Source: Candidatus Saccharicenans sp.
GTDB lineage: Bacteria; Acidobacteriota; Aminicenantia; Aminicenantales; Saccharicenantaceae
NCBI GenBank assembly: GCA_017992175.1
Contig: JAGOPD010000003.1
Location: forward strand, 7,811 to 71,810
Reading direction: 5' to 3'
Length of the DNA stretch: 64,000 nt
Both the position numbers and the translations under genes were made by a program. The notes under the pieces are model-generated. The model saw only the letters and a program-made list of their open reading frames with translations, made no database searches and had not been told where the DNA came from. Of this stretch, positions 36,891 to 46,138 are shown one piece after another (positions within the stretch are counted from its first letter, which is position 1; the number at the start of each line of letters is the position of its first letter).

Positions 36891-38222
36891 ATGAAGACTG
36901 GAGATAAATCTAATCCCTGGAATCAGATACTGGCTGAGATACAAAGCCGGGTCGAAGATAATGCCTTTGAGACCTGGTTCGAGCCTACCTCTTATATCGG
37001 GGAAGAAGGCGATATCCTCTATATCAAGGTACCTAACTCTTATTTTAAGGACTGGCTGAGCTTCCATTATTCTAACCTGATCAATGAGTCTGCCCGGCAA
37101 CTGTTTAACCATCCCTTTGACATTAAATACATCTATGACGAAAGTCCTGGTTCCTTTCTCCGTAATTCACCTGAAGAAAGAAAAATCGAACAGGCTATCA
37201 TTCAAAGCGCTAATCTGAATCCAAATTATACTTTTGAAAATTTTGTGGTAGGTTCCTGTAATCAATTCGCCCAGGCAGCAGCGGTGGCGGTGGCTAACAA
37301 CCCGGCCAAATCCTATAACCCCTTGTTCATCTATGGCGGCGCCGGCCTGGGCAAAACTCACCTAATGAATGCCATCGGGCATCACCTGATGCACAATAAT
37401 GCCAAGCTGAAAGTGCTGTTTGTGACCACCGAGCGTTTTATGAATGAATTGATTAACCATCTCCAGTATGGAAAAATTCTGGAATTCCGGCAAAAATACC
37501 GGGCGATTGATGTTCTCTTGATAGATGACATCCACTATATTGCTGGCCGGGAACGCACCAAAGAAGAGTTTTTCCACACCTTTAATCACCTCTATGATAA
37601 TCAAAAACAAATTGTTCTCTCCAGTGATTGCCCACCCAAAGATATTCCCAATCTGGAAGACCGCTTTCGCTCCCGTTTCGAATGGGGACTGATCGCTGAT
37701 CTGAAACCACCCGATATCGAAACCCGGATCGCCATTTTAAAAAAGAAGGCTGAACTGGAAGGTACCAACCTGCCCGAGCCAGTCGCTCTGTATATAGCTG
37801 ACAAAGTTCATTCGAATATCAGGGAACTCGAAGGTTATTTAAGAAGGGTCATTGCTTATGGTTCATTAAAAGGAGCTACTATTGACCTGGACCTGGCCAA
37901 AGAGGCCCTCAAGGGACTGCTGGATACCTCAGCCAATTTAATCAGCATAGACAAGATCCAAAAGGTCGTCAGCGCTCAATACAAAATAAAACCATCAGAA
38001 CTAAGATCAAAGAATAATTCACCTAAAATTTCTTTCCCCAGGCAAATTGCCATGTACCTGGCCAAGGAATTGACCGAGAGCTCTCTCCCGGAAATCGGGA
38101 AAAAATTCGGTGGCAAACACCATACCACTGTTCTGCACAGCATCAGAAAAATTGAGAAATTAAGACAGGCTGATCCTGAATTCAACAGGGAAATTAACAG
38201 GCTCTTAAGCTTCTTACAATGA
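36891..38222 (+). CDS. dnaA: Chromosomal replication initiator protein
   Basis: Domain I is ...NPWNQILAEIQSRVEDNAFETWFEP.. The AAA+ Walker A is GGAGLGKTHL. The DnaA signature IAGRERTKEEFFHTFN is present, as is the C-terminal DNA-binding helix ...GGKHHTTVLHS.. The start was chosen at ATG 36891; the ORF-track GTG 36858 lies inside the box cluster. Confidence 0.9.
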   Translation: MKTGDKSNPWNQILAEIQSRVEDNAFETWFEPTSYIGEEGDILYIKVPNSYFKDWLSFHYSNLINESARQLFNHPFDIKYIYDESPGSFLRNSPEERKIEQAIIQSANLNPNYTFENFVVGSCNQFAQAAAVAVANNPAKSYNPLFIYGGAGLGKTHLMNAIGHHLMHNNAKLKVLFVTTERFMNELINHLQYGKILEFRQKYRAIDVLLIDDIHYIAGRERTKEEFFHTFNHLYDNQKQIVLSSDCPPKDIPNLEDRFRSRFEWGLIADLKPPDIETRIAILKKKAELEGTNLPEPVALYIADKVHSNIRELEGYLRRVIAYGSLKGATIDLDLAKEALKGLLDTSANLISIDKIQKVVSAQYKIKPSELRSKNNSPKISFPRQIAMYLAKELTESSLPEIGKKFGGKHHTTVLHSIRKIEKLRQADPEFNREINRLLSFLQ

Positions 38223-38333
38223 GTAGTATCAATACCTTAAGAAAGATTTACACATTTTCAGGCTCTCTTCTTGTATTATCTTTACTGAATTCTTATAATT
38301 ATTAAATTAAATAATAAGACAACCTGGTGAAAG

Positions 38334-39440
38334 GTGAAAAAAATGAAATTTTCGGCCGGTAAAACAAACATTATTAATGAGTTATCACTTCTTCAGGGTA
38401 TTGTGGAAAAAAGGACAACCCTGCCCATTCTTTCTAATATCCTGATGACCGCCAAGGGAGACAGGGTGGAGATTACGGCTACAGATTTAGAAGTTGGCCT
38501 TAAATCAATTTTTGAGGCTGAAGTTAAAGAAGATGGCCGGGTGGCGGTTAATGGCAAAAGGTTGTTTGATTTTATCCGGCTTTTACCTGAAGACCGGCAA
38601 ATAGATTTTGTTAAAAAAGATGATTTTATGATTGTCAGGAGCGGGGAGAGTGAAGTCAAAATGGTAACTGCTCCAGAGGAAGATTTTCCGGCTATTCAGG
38701 AATGCTCCTTTGATAACCATATTTCTTTTCCACTCAATAATTTTAAAGAGATGATTGAGTGTGTGTTTTATGCTATTACTCAGGAGCAAAGATATTATTT
38801 GAGCGGGGCTCTGCTGGCCATTAAAAATAACCAGTTAGAGCTGGTTAGTACCGATGGGCATCGTTTAGCCTACACCCGAAGGGAGATGGAGAATTTAAAA
38901 GTCGGCCGGGAAATAAATCAGATTGTCTCAAAAAAGACTCTGAATGAGTTAAAAAAATTTGAAGATGACAGAATTGAATTTGATTTTGATGACAACAGTC
39001 TGTTTTTTAGAGTTCAGAACCGGGTTTTAGTCTCCAGAATCATTGAGAGTAAATTCCCCAATTATCAGGCGGTCATACCGAAAAATAATCCTAATGTGCT
39101 GCTGGTCAGCCGCGAAGAACTTATCTCGGCTATCAGACGGGTTTCTGTGCTATCGGCGGAAAGATCCAGAGGTATTAAGTTTGAGATTAAACAAGGTGAA
39201 TTAAGGCTTTTTTCCTCTAATCCGGAAATGGGTGAAGCCAGAGATAAGATAGCTGTTGAGTATCAGGGCGAGGATCTGGATATAGGTTTTAATTCTCAAT
39301 ATTTACTGGATTTTCTCTCCACTCTTAATTCTGACCGGGTCCGGCTTGAAATTAAAGATGAAAACAGCGCGGCCTTAATGAAACCAGAGCCAGAAGACAA
39401 AGATGTTTATCTATATGTCTTAATGCCAATGAAAATTTGA
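38334..39440 (+). CDS. dnaN: DNA polymerase III beta sliding clamp
   Basis: The protein has three clamp domains. The N-terminus is MKFSAGKTNIINELSLLQGIVEKRTTLPILSNILM and the C-terminus ends ..YVLMPMKI. Confidence 0.9.
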   Translation: MKKMKFSAGKTNIINELSLLQGIVEKRTTLPILSNILMTAKGDRVEITATDLEVGLKSIFEAEVKEDGRVAVNGKRLFDFIRLLPEDRQIDFVKKDDFMIVRSGESEVKMVTAPEEDFPAIQECSFDNHISFPLNNFKEMIECVFYAITQEQRYYLSGALLAIKNNQLELVSTDGHRLAYTRREMENLKVGREINQIVSKKTLNELKKFEDDRIEFDFDDNSLFFRVQNRVLVSRIIESKFPNYQAVIPKNNPNVLLVSREELISAIRRVSVLSAERSRGIKFEIKQGELRLFSSNPEMGEARDKIAVEYQGEDLDIGFNSQYLLDFLSTLNSDRVRLEIKDENSAALMKPEPEDKDVYLYVLMPMKI

Positions 39441-39457
39441 CGGCGGGCCTTTAAATT

Positions 39458-39967
39458 TCAAACCAGCTGCGTTTTCCTGGGGAAAATTTCGTTGATACTC
39501 TCCACTAGTTTCCTGGCTGATAATCTGGTGCTCTGAGTAATAGGATGACCAAACTCCAGGTTTTCTGGCTGAATGCTAACCAGATAAACTTTGGCTGAAG
39601 AGACCGCAGCTAATTTTTCCAGGAAATCGTTGACCTCTTCCACCATTTGGCTTCCAGGCTTATGGCGGATATTAATCCGGTGAACCCGGATGGTGCCTGG
39701 CGGTTTTCCGGTATTAATCGCCTCCACAATAATGATGTGAGAAGGCTTAATTCTTTTGATTGTCTTCAGATAGAGCTCAATTATTTCGTGAGCGCGCAGG
39801 ATTTTAACTTTTTTCTTCTGGTAACGGTTTAAATGGCTATCCAGCAGGCCGGCCACCAGCAAGCCAATGGCATCATCTCCTTTTAAGGCATTCCCCGTTC
39901 CGATGATAACCAGCTTTTCCGCCCCTTTGATTTCAGCCTGCAACCGTCCCTGCCATCTTTCTTTCAT
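39458..39967 (-). CDS. [NiFe]-hydrogenase maturation endopeptidase (HycI/HyaD family)
   Basis: LVIIGTGNALKGDDAIGLLVAG is the protease metal-binding motif. The size (169 aa) is typical. It is the last gene of the hydrogenase operon. Confidence 0.75.
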   Translation of the reverse strand: MKERWQGRLQAEIKGAEKLVIIGTGNALKGDDAIGLLVAGLLDSHLNRYQKKKVKILRAHEIIELYLKTIKRIKPSHIIIVEAINTGKPPGTIRVHRINIRHKPGSQMVEEVNDFLEKLAAVSSAKVYLVSIQPENLEFGHPITQSTRLSARKLVESINEIFPRKTQLV

Positions 39968-40053
39968 CCAGGTTTATCCTTTCGCTGCTGGAGACTGAAG
40001 ATTAACTACAAATTACAAAAAGGAATGACTAAAAGCAAGTAAGAGAAACCAGC

Positions 40054-40449
40054 TCAACTCTTCGGTTCAGCCTTCGGCTTGACCACCGCCCGGACAAAGT
40101 CCCATTGTTTTTTCAGATGATGGCGGTCATAATCAGAAATTTCAAACAGGTTGTCCATCAGCATCGCGTCAGTCGGACAGGAATCCACGCACTGGGCGCA
40201 ATGAATGCAGCGGTCATTATGAATGACCATTTTGAATTTCTTTTCAGTTTCATTGGTCAGAGTAATTTCGATGGCTTCAGCCGGGCAGTCGCGCTCGCAG
40301 GCCCGGCAGGCAATGCACAGTTCCGGCCGTAAATATGGCGAGCCGCGGAAATCGGGAGGGACCTGGAGCTTCTTAAATGGATAGTCTATGGTTGACGGCG
40401 TTTTAAAGAGATGGCGGAGGAGCTCAGGAATAAAGGCACCTAAGTTCAT
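40054..40449 (-). CDS. 2x[4Fe-4S] ferredoxin subunit (NuoI/HycF/EchF-like)
   Basis: Two CxxCxxCxxxCP motifs are present: CIACRACERDCP and CIHCAQCVDSCP. Confidence 0.8.
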   Translation of the reverse strand: MNLGAFIPELLRHLFKTPSTIDYPFKKLQVPPDFRGSPYLRPELCIACRACERDCPAEAIEITLTNETEKKFKMVIHNDRCIHCAQCVDSCPTDAMLMDNLFEISDYDRHHLKKQWDFVRAVVKPKAEPKS

Positions 40450-41417
40450 GAGATTAACCCCTTAACCAGAATGATAATCACAAGCTGAAGAACAGCCAGC
40501 GGGGCTAAGTATCTCCAGGACAGAGCTATCACCTGATCGACTCTGATGCGGGAAGTAGTCGCTCTTAACAGTGATAAGAGGGAAATCACCAGTAGCGTCT
40601 TAATTATAAAATTGATCAAGCCGGGCACAAGACCGCCAGGAAATCCTCCCAGGAAAACAGTGGCCAGGAGCCCCGAGGCAACCACCAGCTCCACATCCAT
40701 CATCAGGCGGAAAAGAGCCAGTTTCTTGCCGGAGTATTCAGTAAAGGTTCCGCCCACAATTTCGGTTTCGGCATGGGGAATATCAAAGGGAGTCCTTTCC
40801 AGTTTGGCTTGCACACAAATCAGAGCAATGACGAAAGCGGGCAGGTTCAAAAGCGCCAGTAATGGCTGCTGGCGGTAAAAGGCAGCAATTTCAGCCAGGC
40901 GCCAGGAATTGGCTAAAATGGCTGGCGTCAGAACGGTCAGAAAAAGCGGCACTTCATAGCCAAACAGCATGGTTAAGACCCTGGTGGCTCCGACTGTTGA
41001 AAAAAGATTGGTCGAAGACCAGCCAGCTAAGAAAAAGATAAAAGTCGGCAGGCTCAACAAATAGAGCAAAACCACTATATCGCCGCTAAAAGAGATTGGC
41101 GAAGAGCTGCCCAGGTTATAATTCCAGACGGGCAAAAGCAGCATGCCAACCGAGACGATAGCCAAACCGAAGGCAGGCAAAGCTCTAAACAGGCCCCGGT
41201 CAGCCCGCTCCGGCACTATGTCCTCTTTCGACATCAGTTTAATAAAATCGGCGATGGGCTGCAGCACCCCAGCCCGGCCAGTATGGGTCGGGCCCATCCG
41301 GTTCTGAAACCTGGCATATAGCTTGCGGTCATACCATTCGGCAAAAGTAGAATAAAAAAAGATAAAGAGAAGCCCGGGGTAAATGACGAGATAGGCAAGA
41401 GTCTTCAAAGTGGCCAT
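40446..41417 (-). CDS. Membrane subunit NuoH/HycD/EchB-like
   Basis: ...YARFQNRMGPTHTGRAGVLQPIADFIKLMSKED.. is the NuoH/ND1 signature. There are 8 TM helices. Confidence 0.8.
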   Translation of the reverse strand: MATLKTLAYLVIYPGLLFIFFYSTFAEWYDRKLYARFQNRMGPTHTGRAGVLQPIADFIKLMSKEDIVPERADRGLFRALPAFGLAIVSVGMLLLPVWNYNLGSSSPISFSGDIVVLLYLLSLPTFIFFLAGWSSTNLFSTVGATRVLTMLFGYEVPLFLTVLTPAILANSWRLAEIAAFYRQQPLLALLNLPAFVIALICVQAKLERTPFDIPHAETEIVGGTFTEYSGKKLALFRLMMDVELVVASGLLATVFLGGFPGGLVPGLINFIIKTLLVISLLSLLRATTSRIRVDQVIALSWRYLAPLAVLQLVIIILVKGLIS

Positions 41418-42607
41418 TCTGCTTCCCTCTTTCTGGTTTTATAGTTCTCAGTTCTTAGACTCAAATTCCTCAGGCTGGACATAGTGACAATTCTTTCCTT
41501 CTGGCTTTTGGCCTCAACGATGGCCACTGACCGTTCAGCACAGCAGATACAGGGATCGATGGCGGCAAAGATTAAGGGGACATCAGCAATAAAGCCATTT
41601 TTCAGCATTTTAATGGTGGCGGCATAATTAGCTAAAGTTGGAGCCCGGACCTTCAGCCGTTCTGGCTTGTCGCTGCCATTGCTTTTAATATAGTGAATAT
41701 TTTCTCCGCGCGGAGCTTCATAGCGGCTGACGACTTCATTCGGCTTGGCTTTCCGCGGGGCCCGAACCGCAATCGGTCCAGCCGGCAGGTTTTTCAACAG
41801 GAATTCTATGATGTTATAACTCTGCATCAGTTCTTTAATTCTAACCACCGTCCGGCCGAGCACATCGCAGGTCTCAGCTGTGCAGACTTCAAACGGTACT
41901 TCATCATAAACAGCATAAGGATCGTCCTGACGGACATCCATCGGGACTCCGGAAGCCCTCAAGGTTGGACCGACGGCGCACAGGCTAATGGCATCTTCTT
42001 TCGACAGATAGCCGACGCCGGCCAATCTGGCTACAAAGCTTGGCTCGGTTGTCCCGAGTTTCCGGTAATAGTCACTGCGCTGGCGCAGCACCTCCAGCGA
42101 CTCCAGAATATGTTTGATCTGCATCTCATCCAGATCGCGCCGGACTCCGCCAATGGCATTAATTGCATAGTGAACCCGGTTGCCGGAAATAGTCTCCAGA
42201 ATATCCATGACGATTTCCCGGTCTCGCCAGACGTACATAAAGAAACTGTCAAAGCCAGCTTCATGCCCGGCCACTCCCAGCCAGAGCAGGTGGCTGTGAA
42301 CCCTTTCCAGCTCTGAAACCAGAATCCTGATATAAAGGCCGCGTTTGGGCGGCTCAATTTCCATTAACTTTTCAACACCCTGGACATAGCAGGTCGCATG
42401 GGAATGAGAACAAATCCCGCAGATTCTTTCCATTAAATAGATGTTCTGTGTCCAGGTTTTTTGTTCGGCCAGTTTTTCTACTCCGCGATGGTTGTAGCCA
42501 AGCCGCAGATCAGCCTCGCGAATTATTTCTCCATCCACCGTCACCCTGATCCCAATTGGTTCTTTCAGGGCGGGATGCTGCGGGCCAATAGGTATTTGGA
42601 AACTCAT
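41405..42607 (-). CDS. Group-4 [NiFe]-hydrogenase large subunit (NuoD homologue with intact Ni-Fe ligands)
   Basis: The L1 motif is RICGICSHSH and the L2 motif is DPCICCAER. Both Cys pairs are retained. An approximately 40-aa C-terminal extension is consistent with protease processing. Confidence 0.85.
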   Translation of the reverse strand: MSFQIPIGPQHPALKEPIGIRVTVDGEIIREADLRLGYNHRGVEKLAEQKTWTQNIYLMERICGICSHSHATCYVQGVEKLMEIEPPKRGLYIRILVSELERVHSHLLWLGVAGHEAGFDSFFMYVWRDREIVMDILETISGNRVHYAINAIGGVRRDLDEMQIKHILESLEVLRQRSDYYRKLGTTEPSFVARLAGVGYLSKEDAISLCAVGPTLRASGVPMDVRQDDPYAVYDEVPFEVCTAETCDVLGRTVVRIKELMQSYNIIEFLLKNLPAGPIAVRAPRKAKPNEVVSRYEAPRGENIHYIKSNGSDKPERLKVRAPTLANYAATIKMLKNGFIADVPLIFAAIDPCICCAERSVAIVEAKSQKERIVTMSSLRNLSLRTENYKTRKREAEWPL

Positions 42608-43077
42608 GACTTGCCTCCTGGGATGACTTCTGGCGGCCTCTCATATTTCCAGTCCTTGCGCAGGGGATAATTGCCTGCCGGCCAGTCGTCGGGCAAAACC
42701 AGTGGGCGGCCATCAGGAATATTTTGAACCACGATCCCGAACATGTCCTGCAATTCCCTCTCATACAGAATGGCTCCCGGGATTACCTCACAGATCGATG
42801 GCAAGACAGGCTGGTCGCGCGGGATTTCTGCCCGCAGAGTTATGGCACAGTAATTGTTGGCAAAATGATAAAGAAGTTCAAACGACTGTCCGAGATCCAC
42901 CCCGCTGATGGTGGACAGGTGGGTAATGCCCAGCTCCTGCCTTAACCAGCTGACCGCCGTCAGTAAGTTATCAGTGGTCACTTTAAAAAAGATACGCCGG
43001 GGAGCAGGATTCGTTATAGCCACCACTTTATCTTTTAAGCCTTCGTTGATTTTAGCTATCAATGCCTGGTCGTTCAT
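42604..43077 (-). CDS. NuoC-like 30-kDa hydrogenase subunit
   Basis: ...LTAVSWLRQELGITHLSTISGVD..FELLYHF.. and ..ERELQDMFGI.. are typical of NuoC/EchD/MbhK. Confidence 0.8.
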   Translation of the reverse strand: MNDQALIAKINEGLKDKVVAITNPAPRRIFFKVTTDNLLTAVSWLRQELGITHLSTISGVDLGQSFELLYHFANNYCAITLRAEIPRDQPVLPSICEVIPGAILYERELQDMFGIVVQNIPDGRPLVLPDDWPAGNYPLRKDWKYERPPEVIPGGKS

Positions 43078-43084
43078 CTTGGCC

Positions 43085-43519
43085 TCATCTGGTTCCTTGC
43101 TTGATTTTGTCTAAAAGCTTAACCACCCCTTCAATCAGGGCATCCGGTCTGATTGGACAGCCCGGCACATAAACATCAACCGGAATTAATTGATCGATGC
43201 CGCCCAGGATATTATAAGCCCCGCGATAGACGCAGCCTGACATGGCACAGGCCCCAACCGCCATCACGAACTTAGGATCAGGGGCCTGCTCATAAACCCT
43301 GATTAATCTGTCTTTCATCTGCCTGGTGGCCGGCCCCGTGCAGATAATCACATCGGCGTGCCGGGGAGTTCCTTCGAGCAGAATCCCGAACCGCTCGACA
43401 TCAAACCGAGGGGTCAGAGCTGCTACCACCTCAATATCACAGGCATTGCAGGCACCTGTATTGAGATGAAGTATCCAGGGTGATTTCAGCCGTGACCATT
43501 GAGTTAATTTTTGCAGCAT
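43085..43519 (-). CDS. Group-4 hydrogenase small subunit (NuoB-like, proximal [4Fe-4S])
   Basis: The cysteines are in ..GACNACDIE.., ..AVGACAMSGCVYRG.. and ..VPGCPIRP. (GCPxRP motif). Confidence 0.85.
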   Translation of the reverse strand: MLQKLTQWSRLKSPWILHLNTGACNACDIEVVAALTPRFDVERFGILLEGTPRHADVIICTGPATRQMKDRLIRVYEQAPDPKFVMAVGACAMSGCVYRGAYNILGGIDQLIPVDVYVPGCPIRPDALIEGVVKLLDKIKQGTR

Positions 43520-43520
43520 G

Positions 43521-43859
43521 TCAACTCCTCGAAACCAGAGCCAGGATAGCCAGAAAGATAACGGTCAAATAAATGACAGCCAGCCAGGCGATTTTGCCAG
43601 CCGGAATAGTAGCCACTACGAGTACCGCTACATGCATGATGGTAAAAAACAGGGCGAAAACATAGAACAGCCTGAAACCAAACTGGACTTTCACCCCGGG
43701 CAGGTCTTCACCGCAAGCATAGGTGGTGAGTTTGCCGCCCGTTGGGTTCAGCTTGGGGGCCATGGCTTTCCCGGCCGCATATAATAAATAAGCGACGGCC
43801 AGGAAAAAGATAAACGCTATTGGTGGTGATATTAAAAAAGATAAGCCTTCCATGATCAT
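43521..43859 (-). CDS. NuoA-like / MbhI-like small membrane subunit
   Basis: It has three TM helices and ..TYACGEDLP...FRLFYVFALFFTIMHVAV, resembling the NuoA motif (YECG..., FYLVAxLFxxFD.E). Confidence 0.5.
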   Translation of the reverse strand: MIMEGLSFLISPPIAFIFFLAVAYLLYAAGKAMAPKLNPTGGKLTTYACGEDLPGVKVQFGFRLFYVFALFFTIMHVAVLVVATIPAGKIAWLAVIYLTVIFLAILALVSRS

Positions 43860-44164
43860 CCCTTCAATTTAGACAGTGAACGGATATCCAGACTCTTGTT
43901 TTTCTTATAAATCTTGATAATCAAAGCCAGAGCGGTAGCTACTAAACTAACTTCCACGACGATATAAGTAATAGCCACACTCTGGGCCAGCAGAATCGAA
44001 TTCTTGACCGCTCCAGTGGCAATGATAACCAGGCTCACTCCTTTGCTGATGACTTCGACCGCAATGAACAGCTTGATTAAATTGCGCATGGTTAAAAGAC
44101 AATAGATGCCGGTAAAAATCAGCAGGGCTGAAAAGAAAACATATAAAAACCATAGATTACTCAT
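43856..44164 (-). CDS. MrpC/NuoK-like membrane subunit
   Basis: This 102-aa protein has three TM helices with a conserved acidic residue in TM2 (..IAVEVISKG..) and ..VVEVSLVATALAL... Confidence 0.7.
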   Translation of the reverse strand: MSNLWFLYVFFSALLIFTGIYCLLTMRNLIKLFIAVEVISKGVSLVIIATGAVKNSILLAQSVAITYIVVEVSLVATALALIIKIYKKNKSLDIRSLSKLKG

Positions 44165-44645
44165 CTTTGTCTTCTTCCTTTTTTCTGAATAGAGCCAGAA
44201 CTGCCAGGACTCCGGCCAGGATCACCCCCAGCTGAGCCACCAGATCGAAGGTGCGGGACTTCCATAAAACCTCGCCGAAGGTCCCCGCCTCTGGCCCGGC
44301 AGGCAGAGCTGGCACCTGCTGGAGAAGGCTTTTCATCACCAGGGCATCAATGATGAGGAAAATTATAAAAAATAGCGGGAACACCAGTCTGGTCAATCTG
44401 GCTTCCTGGACCTCGCTATCTTTTCTGGTCAGGGCTACGGTCAGAGCAAACAGGACGGTGATCAGGCCGGCCACGACTGAGATCTCAAAGACCCCGGCAT
44501 AAGGAGCCCCTAAGCGGAAAAAGATGATTCCTAAGAATAGGCTGGCTACAGCCAGTGACAGGGCAGCTTTGAGCAGGTCTTTTAACAGAATCGCCAGGAT
44601 AGAGAAGATCACCAGGCCCGACAATAACAAAATTTGAATTATCAT
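44157..44645 (-). CDS. MrpB/MnhB-like membrane subunit
   Basis: It has four TM helices and an acidic C-terminal tail. Its position between the antiporter-like subunits and MrpC matches the Mrp/Mbh layout. Confidence 0.5.
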   Translation of the reverse strand: MIIQILLLSGLVIFSILAILLKDLLKAALSLAVASLFLGIIFFRLGAPYAGVFEISVVAGLITVLFALTVALTRKDSEVQEARLTRLVFPLFFIIFLIIDALVMKSLLQQVPALPAGPEAGTFGEVLWKSRTFDLVAQLGVILAGVLAVLALFRKKEEDKDE

Positions 44646-44646
44646 C

Positions 44647-46128
44647 TTATATTCCCCACATCAAAACCTGCTGAACACCCCTGGCTAAGGCCTCGGCGGC
44701 CGGACCGATCCAGGTCCTGAAAACAGGGGTGAAGAAAATTCCAACCAGAATACAGAGCAAAGCCAGAATAACGTTGGCTGCTGACATCCAGAAAGGAGCC
44801 TCTTTGATATTGAGCCAGCGGTCATTAAGCGGGCCAAAGAAGGCTTTCCTTTGAATCAGAAGATAATACCAGAGGGTTAAAATGCTGGCCAGAACAGCGA
44901 TCAGAGCATAACCAAAATGCTTGGCTTGAACCAGGGCGATAATAATGATCAGTTTGCTCCAGAAACCGGCCAGAGGCGGCACCCCGGCAATGGACAGGGC
45001 TCCAATCAAATTGGTCCCGGCGGTCAACGGTACTTTTTTGCCCAGCCCGCCCAGCTCATTAAGATTCCTGGTACCGGTAATGTGCTGGATTGAGCCAGAA
45101 TTCAAGAACAGCAGCCCTTTGGCTACGGCATGATTGAAAAGATGGAACAAGCCGCCGGCAATACCCAGGGGGGTGGCTATGGCCAGGCCTAAAATTATGT
45201 AACCAACCTGGCTGATGGAAGAATAAGCCAGCATTCTTTTAATATCATTCTGTCCGAGAGCCAGCAGGGCCGCCACCACAATAGAGATGGTGCCCATAGC
45301 CATCAAGACCTTGGACAGAGCCGGGGTCATCCCCACAACGCTGTAAATAATCCTGAACAGGGCATAGACGCCAGAGACTTTGATCAACAGGCCGGACAGC
45401 ATGGCTGAAATCGGGGCCGGAGCCGAAGGATGAGCATCAGGCAGCCAGGCATGGAAAGGAACCAGAGCTGCTTTCAGCCCGAAGCCCATAATAAAAAAGG
45501 CCAAGCAGACTCCGATGATCAGACCGCCACCATTTAAATCTTGCAGTCCGCCGGCCACCGCCTGAAAACTAAGACTGCCAGTCAGGCCAAAAATAACAGT
45601 AATACTCAGCAGAACGAAAGCCGAAGCCACGACGGATAACATTAGATATTTGAACGAAGCTTCCAGCTCCTCCGGGCCCAGGCCAAAAGCCACTAAGGCA
45701 TAAGAAGCAATCGCTGCTACTTCCAGGAACAGATAGACAGAAAAGAGATCGGGGACTAGCACCAGTCCATTCATGCCAGCTACCATGACCAGCAGCAAGG
45801 CATAAAAATTGGCCTGATAGCCATAATGCTTGAGATAATCTATAGAGAAAAGGGTAATGCACAGACTGACTAAGGCGATGGTAAATAACATAAATAAGTT
45901 AAAACCGTCCAGAGCAACCTGCAGGTTGACGTTTTCACCGAACCAGGTGATATTCTGAAGCAGGGAACCACGGGTAAAAACAGGTTTAATGAGCAGAATG
46001 GAATTTAATAACAGAAAGGCCAGAGCAGCGTTAGTCAGGACATCCGGGATTAATTTTTTCGAAACTTTGCCAATCAGAGGCAGACAGGCAGCTATCAATA
46101 AGGGTAGGAAAATAAATGAGAATACCAC
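44647..46128 (-). CDS. Antiporter-like subunit (MrpD/NuoN/NuoM family)
   Basis: ..GGLIIG..F..KAALVPFHAWLPDAHPSAPAPISAMLSGLLIKVSGVYA.. is the proton-pumping subunit signature. About 14 TM helices. Confidence 0.8.
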   Translation of the reverse strand: MVFSFIFLPLLIAACLPLIGKVSKKLIPDVLTNAALAFLLLNSILLIKPVFTRGSLLQNITWFGENVNLQVALDGFNLFMLFTIALVSLCITLFSIDYLKHYGYQANFYALLLVMVAGMNGLVLVPDLFSVYLFLEVAAIASYALVAFGLGPEELEASFKYLMLSVVASAFVLLSITVIFGLTGSLSFQAVAGGLQDLNGGGLIIGVCLAFFIMGFGLKAALVPFHAWLPDAHPSAPAPISAMLSGLLIKVSGVYALFRIIYSVVGMTPALSKVLMAMGTISIVVAALLALGQNDIKRMLAYSSISQVGYIILGLAIATPLGIAGGLFHLFNHAVAKGLLFLNSGSIQHITGTRNLNELGGLGKKVPLTAGTNLIGALSIAGVPPLAGFWSKLIIIIALVQAKHFGYALIAVLASILTLWYYLLIQRKAFFGPLNDRWLNIKEAPFWMSAANVILALLCILVGIFFTPVFRTWIGPAAEALARGVQQVLMWGI

Positions 46129-46138
46129 TGCTCCTCCT

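Noticed and set aside
38223-38333. Looked for DnaA boxes, a CRISPR-like or other repeat array in the AT-rich dnaA-dnaN spacer
   Set aside because: No TTATCCACA-like 9-mers and no direct repeats were found, only AT-richness. It is kept only as a possible DUE in the origin finding.
41405-42607. Considered annotating this gene as the complex I subunit NuoD
   Set aside because: Both NiFe-ligating cysteine pairs (RICGICSHSH, DPCICC) are present, and a HycI-type protease gene is in the operon. It is therefore a hydrogenase large subunit, not NuoD and not an Ehr (cysteine-less) subunit. No in-frame TGA suggesting selenocysteine was seen.
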